From assembly GCA_030390025.1 (NCBI GenBank), contig CM059432.1, forward strand, positions 128,342,001 to 128,406,000: DNA of 64,000 nucleotides, given 5' to 3'. The translations under genes were made by a program, and so were the position numbers. Positions 37,255 to 50,205 of this stretch are shown here, in pieces. Numbering within the stretch: the stretch's first letter is position 1; each line of letters opens with the position of its first letter. The stretch comes from Squalus acanthias. Taxonomy: Eukaryota. The notes below the pieces were generated by a model. It had not been told where the DNA came from, did no database searches, and saw only the letters and a list, made by a program, of their open reading frames with translations.

Positions 37255-39660
37255 AAGCATCTTCTCTACGTCTACCCTATTAAACCCTTTCATAATTTTA
37301 AAGACCTCTATTAGGTCACTCCTCCGCCTTCTCTTTGCGAGAGAAAAGAGCCCCAGCCTGTTCAGTCTTTCCAGATAGTTATAACCTCTTAGTTCCAGTA
37401 TCATACCTGTAAATATTTTTTGCACCTTCTCCAGTGCCTCTATATCCTTTCTGTAATATGGAGACCAGAATAGTGTACTGTACACTAAGCGTGATCTAAC
37501 CAAGGTTCTATACAAGTTTAACATAACTTCTCTGCTTTTCAATTCTATTCCTCTAGAAATGAACCCCAGTGCTTTGTTTGCATTTTTTATGGCCTTGTTA
37601 ACCTACGTTGCTACTATTAATGATTTGTGAATCTGTACCCCTAAATCCCTTTGCTCCTCTATTCTATTTACACTCTTATTTTCCAAGGAGTATGTGGCCT
37701 CCTTATTCCTCCTACCAAGATGCACCACCTCACACTTGCCTATATTGGCATTCATTTGCCATTTACATGGTCATTCTGCAAGTTTATTAACGTTACTGTA
37801 TTTCGCCGCAGCCTTTCTCCGTATTAACTATACCCCCCAATTTGGTGTCAGATTCCCGAGTCTAAATTGTTTATGTAAATAGTGAACAAGAGTGGTGCCA
37901 CCACCGATCCCTGTGGAATACCACAGGGTGGTGGAAGCAGATTCAATAATCCCTTTCAAAAGGAAATTTGATAAATACTTGAATGGGGAAAAAATTGCAA
38001 GGCTATGGGGAAAAGGCAGGGGAGTGGAACTAATTGGATAGCTGTTTCAAAGAGCCAGCCCAAGCACGATGGGCCTACTCCTGTACTGTATCATTCTATG
38101 ATTCTATTCCCACCTTCTGGCAGTCTGAGTATATACCTTTAATGCCTACTTTCTGTTTTGTAGCTAGCTTGCTATCCATTTTGCTACTTGTCCCATGACA
38201 CCACGTGCTCTGACCTCAGTCGTGAGTCGACTGCGATACTTTATTGAAGGCTGTTTGAAAATCCAAGTATATTCCATCTACTACATTGGCCTTCTCTACT
38301 CTTTCTGTTACTTCTTAAAAGAATTCAATAAGGTTGGTCGAGCATAACCTTCCCTTTTGAAAATCTGTGCTGACTGTTCTTTATTATATTTTCATTTTCT
38401 AGGTGTTTTTCTATTACATCTGAGTAAATATTCCAGTATCTTTCCCACCACTGATGTTAATGTAACTCCCTTGATTTGTTCTAGATCACTTTTTAAATAT
38501 AGGAATAATATTAGCTGTACGCTAGTTCTCTGGCACTATTCCCTTTTCTATTGAATTTATATAATGGTGTCTCTGCTATCTCTTCCCTAGCTTCATTTAG
38601 TATACGCGGATGCAATCCATCCGGACAAGGGATTTTATCGTCTCTAAGTTTGATTAGTTTATTAATTATCTCCCTAGTTTCTATATTAAATGTTGTTGTA
38701 TCTTTTTTGATCTCCTCTTCTTCTAATGTCATGTCTACCCTGTTAGTTTCCCTGATAAATACTGAGGCAAATAACTGTTCAATATTTCTGCCATTTTGCT
38801 GTCATTTCCTGTCACTTTATTACTTTTTATATTCCTTGATAATTTCATATTGTAGTTCCTCTTTGCCTTCCTAATTGTTTTTTTTTTACTTCTTTCCGAA
38901 CCTCTTCATATTCCCTTTTGTCATCCACTCCTTTATTGTCTATATAGTTAGTGTATGCCTTTTTATTTAGTTTCAATTTTGCCCTTATATCTTTATTCAT
39001 TCATGGTGTTTCATTATTGGATAGTTCCTGATTTTTTGTGGAATATATTTCTCCTGAACTCTCTTGGTCACCTTTTTAAAATATTTCCCTCTGCTGTTCT
39101 ATCCCTTTTTTCTACTGCCATCATCATAATATTTCTTTCCAGTTTATCTTCCCTTGTCCCATTCTCATCCCCATAAAATTAGCTTTTTTCCAATCTATTA
39201 CTTTGGTCTTTGTCTTATGTCTTTTTTAATCATTATCTTAAAATATTATTGTTATGATCACGAATACCTAGATGTTCCCCTATGCTTACTTATCTGCTCT
39301 GGTTCATTTCCAATTACTAGATACAGCAGTGATTCCTTCTTGTTGGACTTCTTGTGTACTGGGTAAGAAAAGAGTCCTGTACATACTAAAAACTCCATTC
39401 CCTTTTCCCTACCTCTTCATGCCAGTTTATTTAGGGGTAGTTGACATCTCCATGATTATTATTCTCTAGACTTCTAATGATTTCATAGATTTGCTTACAT
39501 ATTTCTTCCTCTATTTCTCTTCCACTGTGAGGTGGTCTGTAGAATACCCCTATTAGCGTGATCGATCCTTTCTTATCCTTTATTTCTCTCCATATGGATT
39601 CTGTTTCTTAGTTATGTCACTTTTTTCTACTGCCATTATGTTATCTCTCATTAGTACAGT
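37255..39660 (-). mobile_element. Older CR1 ORF2 on the minus strand, decayed, with small nested inserts
   Basis: Minus-strand ORF fragments (FWSPYYRKDIEALEKVQ, PCPDGLHPRIL). Confidence 0.75.
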
Positions 39661-39829
39661 TACTCCCCCCCCCCCCACCCCCGCAACCCCCTTCCTTGAC
39701 CGTTTATGTTACCCTTATTCCTTACCTTGGTCTGACCTGTACTCTCATCTCTTATATCTTCAGGCATATGTTATTTCCACCAGGTTTGTTTCCTCCCCTC
39801 ACCCCGTCTTAATACTTCAGATTTGGTCC

Positions 39830-40503
39830 GTTGTCAGGGACAGGAGTGTGTGACTACAAGTGAGGCAGGTATGGGGATCCAGAAGGTAGCATTGGAGGAG
39901 CTTCAGCCCTTGCACTTGTCCAACAGGTACGAGGTTCTTGCTCCCTGTGTGGACGAGAGCAGGGAGGATGAGAAAACTGACCACAGCACCATGGTACAGG
40001 GGGCCATTCGAGCTGGGGGAGTAAAAAATAAATGTAGTAGTGGGACAGTATAGTTAAGGGGATAGATACTGTTCTCTGCAGCCAAGAGCGTGAGTCCCGA
40101 AGGCTGTGTTGCCTGCCTGGTGCCAGGGTTAAGGACATCTCCTCCTCTGGGTTAGAGTGGGAGGGGAAAGATCCAGTTGTCGTGGTCCACATAGGTACTA
40201 AGAAAGAGGTTCTGCTGAGGGAGTATGAGCAGCTTAGGGGCTAACTTAAAAAGCAGAACCACAAAGGTAATAATCTCTGGATTACTACCTGAGCCACGAG
40301 CAAATTGGCATAAGGTAAATAAGATCAGAGAGATGAATGCGTGGCTCAAAGATTGGTGTGGGAGAAATGGGTTTCGATTCATGGGGCACTGGTACTGGGG
40401 AAAGAGAGAGCTGTTCCGTTGGGACGGGCTTCACTTGAACCCTGCTGGGACCAGTGTCCTGGCGAATCGAATAACTAGGGCTGTAGATAGGGCTTCAAAC
40501 TAA
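39830..40503 (+). pseudogene. CR1 ORF1p, SGNH/GDSL esterase-like domain, frameshifted
   Basis: GDSIV.G, VVVHIGT, IISGLLP and FRWDGLHLN motifs. Confidence 0.85.
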
Positions 40504-42956
40504 ATAGTGGGGGGGAGGGTTCAGGTGAGGGGAAATTTAAAAAGTCAAAGAGAAAGGAGAAGGCAATAGTGCAGGGTAGCAATAGGGGTAATGATAACCA
40601 GAGTGTGACAGGAAGGGACAGAGCGTATAAACATAAGAGTGCACCAGAAAGTAGAGTCAGAGTAGGGAAAAATGGTATAAAGACAAAATTAAAAGCTCTT
40701 TATCTGAATGCACACAGCATTCGTAACAACATAGATGAGTTGACGGCACAAATAGAAATAAATGGGTATGATCTGATAGCCATTATAGAAACGTGGTTGC
40801 AAGGTGACCAAGGCTGGGAACTGAATATTCAGGGGTATTTGACATTTTGGAAGGATAGGCAGAAAGGAAAAGGAGGTGGGGTAACTCTGTTAATAAAGGA
40901 TGAGATCAGTACAGTAGTGAGAAATGATATTGGCTCAGAAGATCAAGATGTAGAATCAGTTTGGGTGGAGATAAGAAATAATAAGGGAAAGAAGTCACTG
41001 GTGGGAGTAGTCTATAGGCCCCCTAACAGTAGCTACACTCAAGGACAGAGTATAAATCAAGAAATAATGGAGGCTTGGAAGAAAGCTACTGCAATAATCA
41101 TGGGTGATTTTAATCTTCATATAAATTGGACAAATCAAATTGGCAAAGGTAGCCTTGAGGACGAGTTCATAGAGTGTATTCAGGATGTTTTCTTAAAACA
41201 ATACGTTGTGGAACCAACCAGGGATCCAACTATTTTAGATCTGGTATTGTGTAATGAGATAGGATTAATTAATGATCTCCTAGTAAAGGATCCTCTAGGG
41301 AAGAGTGATCATAGCATGTTAGAATTTCAAATTCAGTTTGAGGGTGAGAAATTTGGGACTCAAACTAGTGTCCTGAACTTAAATAAAGGCAATTACAAAG
41401 GTATGAAGACAGAGTTGGCTAAAGTAGACTAGGAAAATAGATTAAAGGGTAAAACGGTAGATAAGCAGTGGCAGACATTTAAGGAGATATTTCATAACTC
41501 TCAGTAAAGATATATTCCAGTGAGAAAGACAGACTCTAAGAGAAGGATGAACCATCCATGGCTAACAAAGGAAGTTAAGGATGGTATCAAATTGAAAACA
41601 AAGGCATACAATGTTGTGAAGATTAATGGTAAGCCAGAGGATTAGGAAATTTTTAGAAACCAGCAAAGGATAACTAAAAAATAATAAAGAGGGAGAAGAT
41701 AGATTATGAGAGTAAACTAGCAAGAAATATAAAAACAGACAGTAAGAGCTTCTACAGGTATATAAAAAGGGAGAGTAGCTAAAGTAAACGTTGGTCCCTT
41801 AGAGGATGAGACTGGGGAATTAATAATGGGAAACAGGGAAATGGCAGAGACTTTGAACAAATATTTTGTATCGGTCTTCACGGTAGAAGATACTAAAAGC
41901 ATCCCAATAATAATAGATAATCAAGGGGCTACAGGGAGGTAGGAACTTAAAATTATTACTATCACTAGAGAAAAAGTACTAGGCAAACTAATGGGACTAA
42001 AGGTGGACAAGTCCACTGGACCTGATGTCCTGCATCCTAGGGTCTTAAAAGAAGTGGCTGCAGAGATAGTGGATGCATTGGTTGTAATCAACCAAAATTC
42101 CCTGGATTATGGAGAGGTCCCAGCGGATTGGAAAACCGCAAATGTAACACCCCTATTGAAGAAAGGAGGGAGACAGAAAGCAGGAAACTATAGACCAGTT
42201 AGCCTAACATCTGTCATTGGGAAAATGCTGGAGTCCATTCTTAAGGAAGTAGTAGCAAGACATTTAGAAAATCATAATACAATCACTGAGAATCAGCATG
42301 GTTTTATGAAAGGGAAATCGTGTTTGACAAATTTGCTAGAGTTCTTTGAGGATGTAACGAGCAGGGTGGATAAAGGGGAACCAGTAGATATAGTGTATTT
42401 GGATTTCCAGAAGGTATTCGATAAGGTGCCACATAAAAGGTTACTGCACAAGATAAGAGCTCACGGGGTTGGGGGTAATATATTAGCATGGATAGAGGAT
42501 TGGTTAACTAACAGAAAACAAAGAATCAGGATAAATGGGTCATTTTCAGGTTGGCAAACTGTGACTAGTGTGGTGCCACAGGGATCAGTGCTGGGGCCTC
42601 AACTATTTACAATCTATATTAATGACTTGGATGAAGGGACCGAGTGTAATGTAGCCAAATTTCCTGATGATACAAATATAGGTGGGAAAGCAAGTTGTGA
42701 GGAGGACACAAAGAATCTGCAAAGGGATATAGATAGGTTAAGTGAGTGGGCAAAAATTTGGCAGATGGAGTATAATGTGGGAAAATGTGAGGGTATCCAC
42801 TTTGGTAGGAAGAATAAAAAAGCAAATTATTATTTAAATGGAGAGAGACTACAAAATGCTACAGTACAGAGGGATCTGGGGGTCCTTGTACATGAAACAC
42901 AAAAAATTAGCATGCAGGTACAGCAAGTAAATGGAATGTTGGCCTTTATTGCAAGG

Positions 42957-43075
42957 TGCGGAGATGCCGGCGTTGGACTGGGGTGGACAAAAATGAGAAG
43001 TCGCACAACACCAGGTTATAGTCCAACAGATTTATTTAAAATTACAAGCTTTCGGAGCTATCGCCCCTTCTTCAG
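42957..43075 (-). mobile_element. 119-bp Penelope-like 3' terminal fragment (hammerhead core plus tail) inserted in the CR1
   Basis: Near-identical to 56091-56210. It replaces ~50 bp of CR1 relative to the copies at ~6650-6710 and ~36575-36635. Confidence 0.9.
43042..43075 (-). ncRNA. Minimal hammerhead ribozyme core (stem I 5' strand missing)
   Basis: CUGAAGA-A-GGGGC-GAUA-GCUCC-GAAA-GC-UU-GUAA. Confidence 0.65.
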
Positions 43076-43635
43076 CTGAGACCACACCTGGAGTACTGCG
43101 TACAGTTTTGGTCTCCTTATTTAAGGAGGGATATACTTGCATTGGAGGCAGTTTAGAGAAGGTTCACTAGGTTGATTCTTGAGATGAGGGGGCTGTCTTG
43201 TGAAGAAAGGTTGAGCAGGTTGGGCCTATACTCATTGGAGTTTAGAAGAATGAGAGGTGATCTTATTGAAACACATAAGATTCTGAGGGGGCTTGACAGG
43301 GTAGATGCAGAGAGGATGTTTCCATTCGTGGGGGAACCTAGAACTAGGGGGCATAGTTTCAGAATAAGGGGTCGCCCATTTAAATCAGAGATGAGGAGGA
43401 ATTTCTTCTCTGAGGGTCATGAATCTTTGGGATTCTCTACCCCAGAGAGCTGTGGAGGCTGAGTCATTGAATCTATTTAAGGTGGAGATACAGATTTTTG
43501 AACTACAGGGGAGTCAAGGGTTATGGGTAGCGGGCAGGAAAGTGGAGTTGAGACCAAGATCAGATCAGCCATGATCTTATTGAATGACGGAGCAGGCTCG
43601 AGGGGCCAAATGGCCTTCTCCTGCTCCCATGTTAC

Positions 43636-44120
43636 TAGTTTAAAGTCTTATCCATAGCCCTATTTATCCTTTCTGCTAGGACTCTGGTCCCATTCCTGAT
43701 CAGGTGGAGCCTGTCCCAGTGGTACAGCTCTTTTCTGCCCCAGTACTGGTGCCATTGTCCCATGAAATGGAACCTCTCCTTTCTACACCAAACTTTGAGC
43801 GATGCATTCACCTCCGTGATCTGTTTGACCCTATGCCAATTAGCATGTGGCTCGGGTAGTAATCCCGAGATTACCACCCGTGGGGTCCTGCTTTTTAATT
43901 TAGTTCCTAGCTTCTGGTACTCCCTTAGCTGGACCTCCTCCCTGTTCTTCCCTATATCATTGAGCCTGACATGGACCATGACAACTGGATCTTCCCCCTC
44001 CCTTTTCAAGTTCTTCTCCAGTTGCTTTGAGATATCCTTTACCATTGCACCAGGTAGGCAACACACCTTCCGGGACTGTCGGTCGCGTTTGCAGAGTATG
44101 CTATCTATCCCCCTCCCCTG
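43636..44120 (-). mobile_element. CR1 ORF1 esterase fragment
   Basis: ORF 43635-44066: CCLPGAMVKDIS...VVISGLLPEP...WDRLHL. Confidence 0.85.
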
Positions 44121-44689
44121 AATCTCCTATATCTACAACCATTCTATTATACTTTCTGCTGCTGCTCATTTTAAATCGCTGGTGCTGGGATTCCCTCACT
44201 TTTTATGGAGTTCTGATCTCTGTCGCCGCTCCTTTTAAATTGGTGCTTTAGGGATGTTACGCTTTGTAACATGCAGTGCATTATTGGTCTGTCGGCATGA
44301 GCTGGATAGTTCTAGGATGTGGCAGCACTGAGGGGTGGGGTGGGGAGAGAGATCCTGGGGTCTGAGAACATGGGGAGCAACTTGTCAATTTGGGAGATCT
44401 GGGGTGGGGGGGTGGTGTGGTCACAAAATCTAGGAGCACTGGTGGTTCTGTGTCTGGCATGCTGGTTAGAGGAGAGGTTCTTTGAGCAGCGTAGATTTAC
44501 TAGAATGGAGGCCTGAGAGAGGGTTAAATACTTGTCGTCTCAATTGGAAATGGTTTTCCACAAGGAGATTCAAGCAGTGAGGAAGTTAATTAAATGAAAA
44601 AATCCCCTATATCCCAAACCCAGGAGATAAACTGTTTCCCATATCAGGTTGAATAGATTGGAATTGTTAATCTGAATACCTGGACTCCC

Positions 44690-45128
44690 AAGAGTTAAAT
44701 TATGAGGAGCGATTACACAAACGGGTTGCATTCCCTGGAATTTAGAAGATTAAGGGTTAACTTGATCGAAGTTTTCAAGATATTAATAGGGTAGATCGAG
44801 AGAAACTATTTCTACCGGTTGGGAAGTCTAGGATTAGGGGACATAGCCTAAAAATTAGAGCCAGGCCTTTCAGGAGTGAAGTTAGGAAACACTTCTACAC
44901 GCAAAGAGTGGTAGAAGTTTGGGACTCTCTTCCGCAAATGACAGTTGATGCTAGGTCAATTGTTAATTTTAAATCTGAGATTGATAAGATTTTTGTTAAT
45001 CAAAGGTATTAAGGGATATGGGCCAAAGGCGAGTATATGGAGTTAGGTCACAGATCAGCCATGATCTCATTGAATGGCGGAATAGGCACAAGGGGCTAAA
45101 TGGCCTATTCCTGTTCCGATGTTCCTAT
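44690..45128 (+). mobile_element. CR1 3' end
   Basis: SLEFRRLR..LIEVFKI, FYTQRVV and a tail ending gttccgatgttcctatg. Confidence 0.8.
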
Positions 45129-45484
45129 GGGGAGCAAGGTCAAGGGTTCGAGGAACATTTTGGGGGTCGGGAAAGTCCTACTATCTGTCAGCATTTATGG
45201 GGTTGACAGGATGAGGAGAATTTGTCCTTGGTCCATTCCCCACTGCCAGACCTCCAGCTCCAGACATGTTTGTGACTATAAGGTATTCCCTCAGCATGTG
45301 CCGAGCCAGTTCTCTGTGCCATTAATGCTCAGAATTGACTTTGTGCAAAGAACTGGACTGACAAACCAAGAATGCCAGGTTTGGGTTGGGGGCAACTGAT
45401 GCCTGGGAACAAATCAGTGTTGGGTGGCTTGGGACTGTGATACCAGCAGGTTGTGGCAGAGCAGTGTGGCCAGGAACGGGGTCA

Positions 45485-45880
45485 CAACAACAACTTGCAT
45501 TTATTTAGCGCCTTTAACATAGTAAAACGTGCCAAGGGGCTTCACAGGAACATTATAAAACAACATTTGACACAAGGAGATATTTGGGCAGATGACCAAA
45601 AGCTTGGTCAAAGAGGTAGATATTAAGGAGCATCGTAAAGGAGTTAGAGAGGCGGAGAGGTTTAGGGAAGAAATTCCAGAGCTTAGAGCCTAGGCAGCTG
45701 AAGGCATGGCCACCAATGGTTGAGCGATTTAAAATCAGGGATGCTCAAGAGGCCAGAATTTGAAGAAATTAGATTTAAGGGTTGTGGGGCTGGAGGAGAT
45801 TACATCGATAGGGAGGGGCGAGGCCATGGAGGGATTTGAAAACAAGGACGAGAATTTTAAAATTGAGGCGTTGCTTAACT
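45485..45880 (-). mobile_element. L2 3' end
   Basis: (CAA)n plus cttgcatttatttagcgcctttaac tail; body homologous to 18882-19110. Confidence 0.8.
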
Positions 45881-46719
45881 GCTTCACAGCAGTTTGAGTA
45901 GGCCAAGAACAGATAAAAGGTCAGAGTAGCTTAGAAGGATTCAGAATAAGTAGGGTGGCAGCTGCTGGATGACAGGACTCCACATAGGTGAGAACAAAAG
46001 TTTTTTTCATAAAAAGACTTCCCATCATGTCGCTCAGAGCTGCACCAGGACCTCAAACAACAGCCTCAGCCAATCTCAAGCGCTATCCTCGAGCAGAGTG
46101 ATGGACAGTAGGGTGGATTGGAATGTGTTGAATAACTGCTGAATGCTAGGATGGCATGGACTTCGTGGGCCTATTTTATTAGTTCAAAGATAAGAATAAG
46201 AATTCTTATTCTTACCATTTTATTAGTTCAAACAAAGATATCGGGTTACCTCATTGCCACAAGTTACTTTACCCGGAGAGTGTTGAGAATATGGAGCTCG
46301 CTACCACACGGACTAGTTGTGGCGAATAGCTTAGATGCATTTAAGGGGAAGCTAGAGAAGTACATGAGGGAGAAAGGGATAGAAGAATATGTTGATAGGA
46401 AAGAAAAAAAGACTTGTATTTATATAGCGCCTTTCACGACCACCGGACGTCTTAAAGCGCTTTACAGCCAATGAAGTACTTTTGAAGTGGAGTCACTGTT
46501 GTGATGTGTGATGGGGGTTAGATGAAGTTGGGTGGAAGGAGGCTGGTGTGGAGCATACATGGGCCGAATGGTCTGTTTCTGTGTTGTAAATCCTACGTTA
46601 TTGACGAGTGTCCCCTTCTACAAGGAGGGCACCACTAAAGCAACTGGTTCAAGATAAAACTTGGGAGTGTGCGCCTAGTTAAAATATGAATCTGTTATCA
46701 GTATGTCCTCCAGTGCCCA

Positions 46720-47400
46720 CCGCTCTGAAGCGAACCAGTGGGCACAGCAGGATCCCGCTCGGGGGGGGGGGGGGGGTGGGGGTGAATAAGCGTCAGTCAT
46801 AAATATTCACCCAGCAGGTTCCCCTCTGGTGTAACTGGCGAGCAGGAGGAGTGGACGGACGTGTAGCTAACTGGCGCTAGGACAGTGCGGAGCAGGCAGG
46901 TGGGTCTGTCTGTCTGATCGGCACAAGGCCTGCACGGAGCAATGAGTGTAAGGCGGGCAGGAGGCTGTGTGTTTGACGGTCAGTGCGGCGGGCACGGCGT
47001 ACCTGAGAGGCGGTTGGAGCGGGCGGGCCCTGGGCCGCTGCGGGGAGCGCGAGCCGAGCGGGTTTGAAAGTGAGGAGCGGCTCGAGACGCGGCGGTTGGC
47101 GCGCGGTGAGGGTGAGGGCACGGGCGGGGGGGGGAGGAGGCGCTCGCTCGCTCGCTCCGGAGCTCGGGCCGCAGGTAGGAGCGCGCGCCGGTGGGCGGGG
47201 GAGAGCTCGCGGCCAGAGAATGGTCGCCCCCTCGGCTGCGGCTCAGCCGCCTGGTCCCTCCGTCCGCTCGCTGCCGGCACTTGGGGGCAAAAGGTGACCT
47301 GGAAACACCAATCGGCTGCCGCTTTCATTGTGAACACTTCCTGCTCAAATCAGCCCGGGGCCAGCGGCTCCGCTCTTTGTATCCGCGGCTCCCGGGGTGA
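46720..47400. promoter_or_regulatory. CpG island; probable promoter / first exon of an unidentified gene
   Basis: Dense CpG in non-repetitive sequence, GC boxes, CCAAT and CACTTCCT. Candidate + strand donors CAG|GTAGGA (~47176) and GGG|GTGAGG (~47397). Confidence 0.75.
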
Positions 47401-48660
47401 GGGAGAGGGAGCCCCGGTTGGGGGGGGGGGGGAGAGAGAGAGAGACCCCAGCCTGAGGGGGTGGTGGTGGTGAGAAAGGGACCCGGGGTGGGGGGTGAGA
47501 GAGAGAGGGACCCCTACTCGGGGGGCGGGGGTGAGATGGGGGTGTGAGAGAAAGGGACCCCTACCCAAGGGGGGGTGGGGGGGTTGAGAGAGAGAGAGAG
47601 ACCCCTGCCTGGTGGGGAATTGAGAGAGAGGGACCCCTGCCCATAGGGTGGGGGGTGGAGTGAGAGGGACCCCTGCCCATTGGGTGGGGTGAGAATGAGA
47701 GACCCCTTCCTGGGGGATGGGGGTTATTGAGAGATAGGGACCCTTGCCCATGGTGGTGGTGGGGGTGCGGTGAGCGAGAGAGAGAGTGGGACCTCTGCCG
47801 GGAGTGGGGTGGGGGTACGGCAATGCGGTGAGAAGGACCCTTGTTCGGGGGTGTGATGAGAGAGGGTCCCCTGCCCTGGGGGGCTGGTGAGAGAGAGGGA
47901 CCCCTGCCTGGGGGGTGGGGGGGATTGAAGGGGGTGAGAGAGAAGGACCGCTGCCCTTGGGGCAGGGGGTGGGGTGAGAGAGAGGGACCCCTGCTACCGG
48001 GGTGGGGTGAGAGAGAGGGACACCTGCTCCCGGGGTGGGGTGAGAGATGGACCCCTGCCCCCGGGGTGGGGTGAGAAGGACCCCTGCCTTGGGTGGAGTG
48101 GGGAAGAGAAGGACCCCTTGCTGGGGCGTGGGTTGAGAGAGAGGGATCCCTGCGGGGGGTAAGAGATGGACTACTGCGGTGGGGGGGGGGGGGGGGGGGG
48201 GGAGGGAGAGAGAGAGGACCTCTGGTCAGGGGGGAGCGGGGAGGAGAGGGAGGGAGGGACCCTTGCCCCAGGGGTCGTTGAGAGAGGGGGGGCCACTGCC
48301 CATGGGGGTTGGGAGGAGAGGGTGGTGAAGGGAAGTGGGTTGAGGAGGGACCCCTGCCCGGGGGGGGGGTTAAGAGAGAGGAACCCCTGCCTGGGGTAGG
48401 GAGGTGGGAGAGGGACCCCTGTCCGTGGGAAGGAGAGAGAAATGGACCATGCCCCGGAGATGAGATGGAAAGTGAGAGTGACCCCACCCGGGGAGGTGGG
48501 GAGGAGAGAGCGAGTGAGTCCCTGCTTGGGGTTGGGGAAGGGTAGGAAGAGTGAACGAGTTGGACCCTGACTGGGATGGTGAGGAGAGATAGAGAGGAAC
48601 CCTGCCTGAAAGACCCTTTGCATCTGCTGCACCCGGGGTTGGGGGCAAGGGACCCTGTCT
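47400..48660 (+). repeat. G-rich degenerate minisatellite, ~30-bp unit GAGAGAGGGACCCCTGCC(N)GGGGTGGGGT
   Basis: Tens of diverged tandem units with strong purine/G strand bias. Confidence 0.9.
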
Positions 48661-48669
48661 TGGATAAAA

Positions 48670-50205
48670 ACTTTAACCCCCACTTTCACATTCCCAAATA
48701 TTCTTTGGCTCTCCGTTCTGCAGCTACAGATCTGCTCAATCACACCCTCACTTCCACCTTTGATGCCCTTGTCCCCAGTAAAACCCTTACTCTCACCTTG
48801 GCCATTCCCCCGGTATGGCTCTCATCTCCGCTCACTTAAGTCCAAGGGACGCAGATTTGGAATGTTTATAGGGATAACTGGTTTAGCCATTTATCACCAG
48901 ATCTGGCTGAACCACATAAAAGCACTATGGGTCCTGTTCTTCTCACCCAAAACTGCTCAGTACTCCAGCTGCTCACTACTCCAGGATCACGCTAGAAAGC
49001 AAAGATAACCCACGGCTTCTCTTCTCCACGACAAACCGCCTTCTTAAACCCCTCTTCCCTGCGCCTTCCACCTTCACCTCCAACAACAAGTGCGAGGAGC
49101 TCATGGACCTCTTTGTCACCAAGATTGAGACTATCCGTTCAGCTGCCTTTGCCGCTTCCCCAAGCCCACCAAGCCAAACTTCCCTCAAGGTAACCCCTGC
49201 CCTATCCCTGAAATCGCATCTTTCTCTAGTTTCTCTCATATCTCCCCTCATGCCCTCTCCGAGCTCAGCTTGTCAATGAGACACACTTCCTCCTCCCTCA
49301 ACCCTATTCCCATCTGGTCCCCATGTTAGCTGATATTGTTAATGGTTTCCTCTCCTCAAGGACTGTCCCTGTCCCCATCAAATCTGCCATCAGCACCCAC
49401 CTCTTCAAAAAAAAAACACTCTTGACCCCTCTGTCCCTGAAAACTACTGTCCTATCTCCAACCTCCCTTTCCTCTTAAGTCCTTGAATGTGTTGTCGGCT
49501 CCCAAATCCATGCCCATCTTTCCCGCAACTCCATGTTTGAACCCCTCCAAGCAGGTTTAAGCCCCTGCCACAGCACTGACTGTGACTGTGCTAAACTATC
49601 CCTCCTCATCCTTCTTGACCTGTCTGCAGCCTTTGACACGTTTGACCACACCATCCTCTTCCAACTCCTCTCCTCCGTTGTCCAGCTGGGTGTGACTACC
49701 CTTGCTTGGTTTCATTCCTATCTTCCAGTCATAGCCAATCTCCTGTAATGCTTCTCTTCGTGTTCCAGCACCATTACCTCTAAGTCCCTGGCCTCCTCCT
49801 GTTCCTCATCTGCATGCTGCCCCTCGGCGACATCATCTGAAAACACGACATTAGGTTCCATGTGTACGCTGACGGCATCAAGCTCGACTTCACCACCACC
49901 TCACTCGACCGACTCCTCAACGGCCTCTGATTTCTTATGCTGCTTGTCCAACATCTAGTTTTGGATGAGCAGAGATTTACTCCAATTAAATATTGGGAAG
50001 ACCGAAGCCGTTACCTTTGGTACCCGCCACAAACTCCATACTATAGTCACTGAATTCCATCCCTCTCCCCTGGCCGCTGTCTGAAGCTGACCCAGCCTGC
50101 TCGCAATCTCTGTAACCTCCTCCAGCCCTACAACCCTCCGATCTCTGCGCTTCTCCAATTTGGCGTCTTGCGCATCCCTGATTTTCTTTGCTCCACCATT
50201 GGTGC
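48670..50205 (+). mobile_element. L2-clade LINE ORF2 fragment
   Basis: C-rich sense strand; NY.PISNLPFL, LILLDLSAAFDTFDHTIL, FH.YADG and LNIGKTE motifs. Confidence 0.88.

Larger units (their letters stand above)
40569..43530 (+). pseudogene. CR1 ORF2p (APE endonuclease plus reverse transcriptase), disrupted
   Basis: YLNAHSI, ETWL, YRPP, GDFN, SDH; then [32 protein letters not shown]. Contains stops, frameshifts and a Penelope insert. Confidence 0.92.
39830..43635 (+). mobile_element. Near full-length CR1 (HER1-like) LINE: ORF1 esterase part, ORF2 and 3' UTR
   Basis: LSNRYEVL / CLPGARV / DGLHLN (ORF1), then APE domain 40569-41432, RT 41991-42955 and a tail at ~43560-43635. Confidence 0.95.

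Noticed and set aside
41991..43079. Novel RT fusion protein ending CGDAGVGLGWTKMRS...
   Set aside because: The tail is only read-through into the antisense Penelope insert within a dead CR1 ORF2.
47400..48660. CRISPR-like or other prokaryotic repeat-spacer array
   Set aside because: Units are degenerate with low-complexity linkers, there are no cas genes, and the context is vertebrate.
46867..48743. Long Pro/Gly/Arg-rich ORFs (for example 47561-48487)
   Set aside because: By-products of a GC-rich island and minisatellite that lack stop codons; low complexity with no domain.
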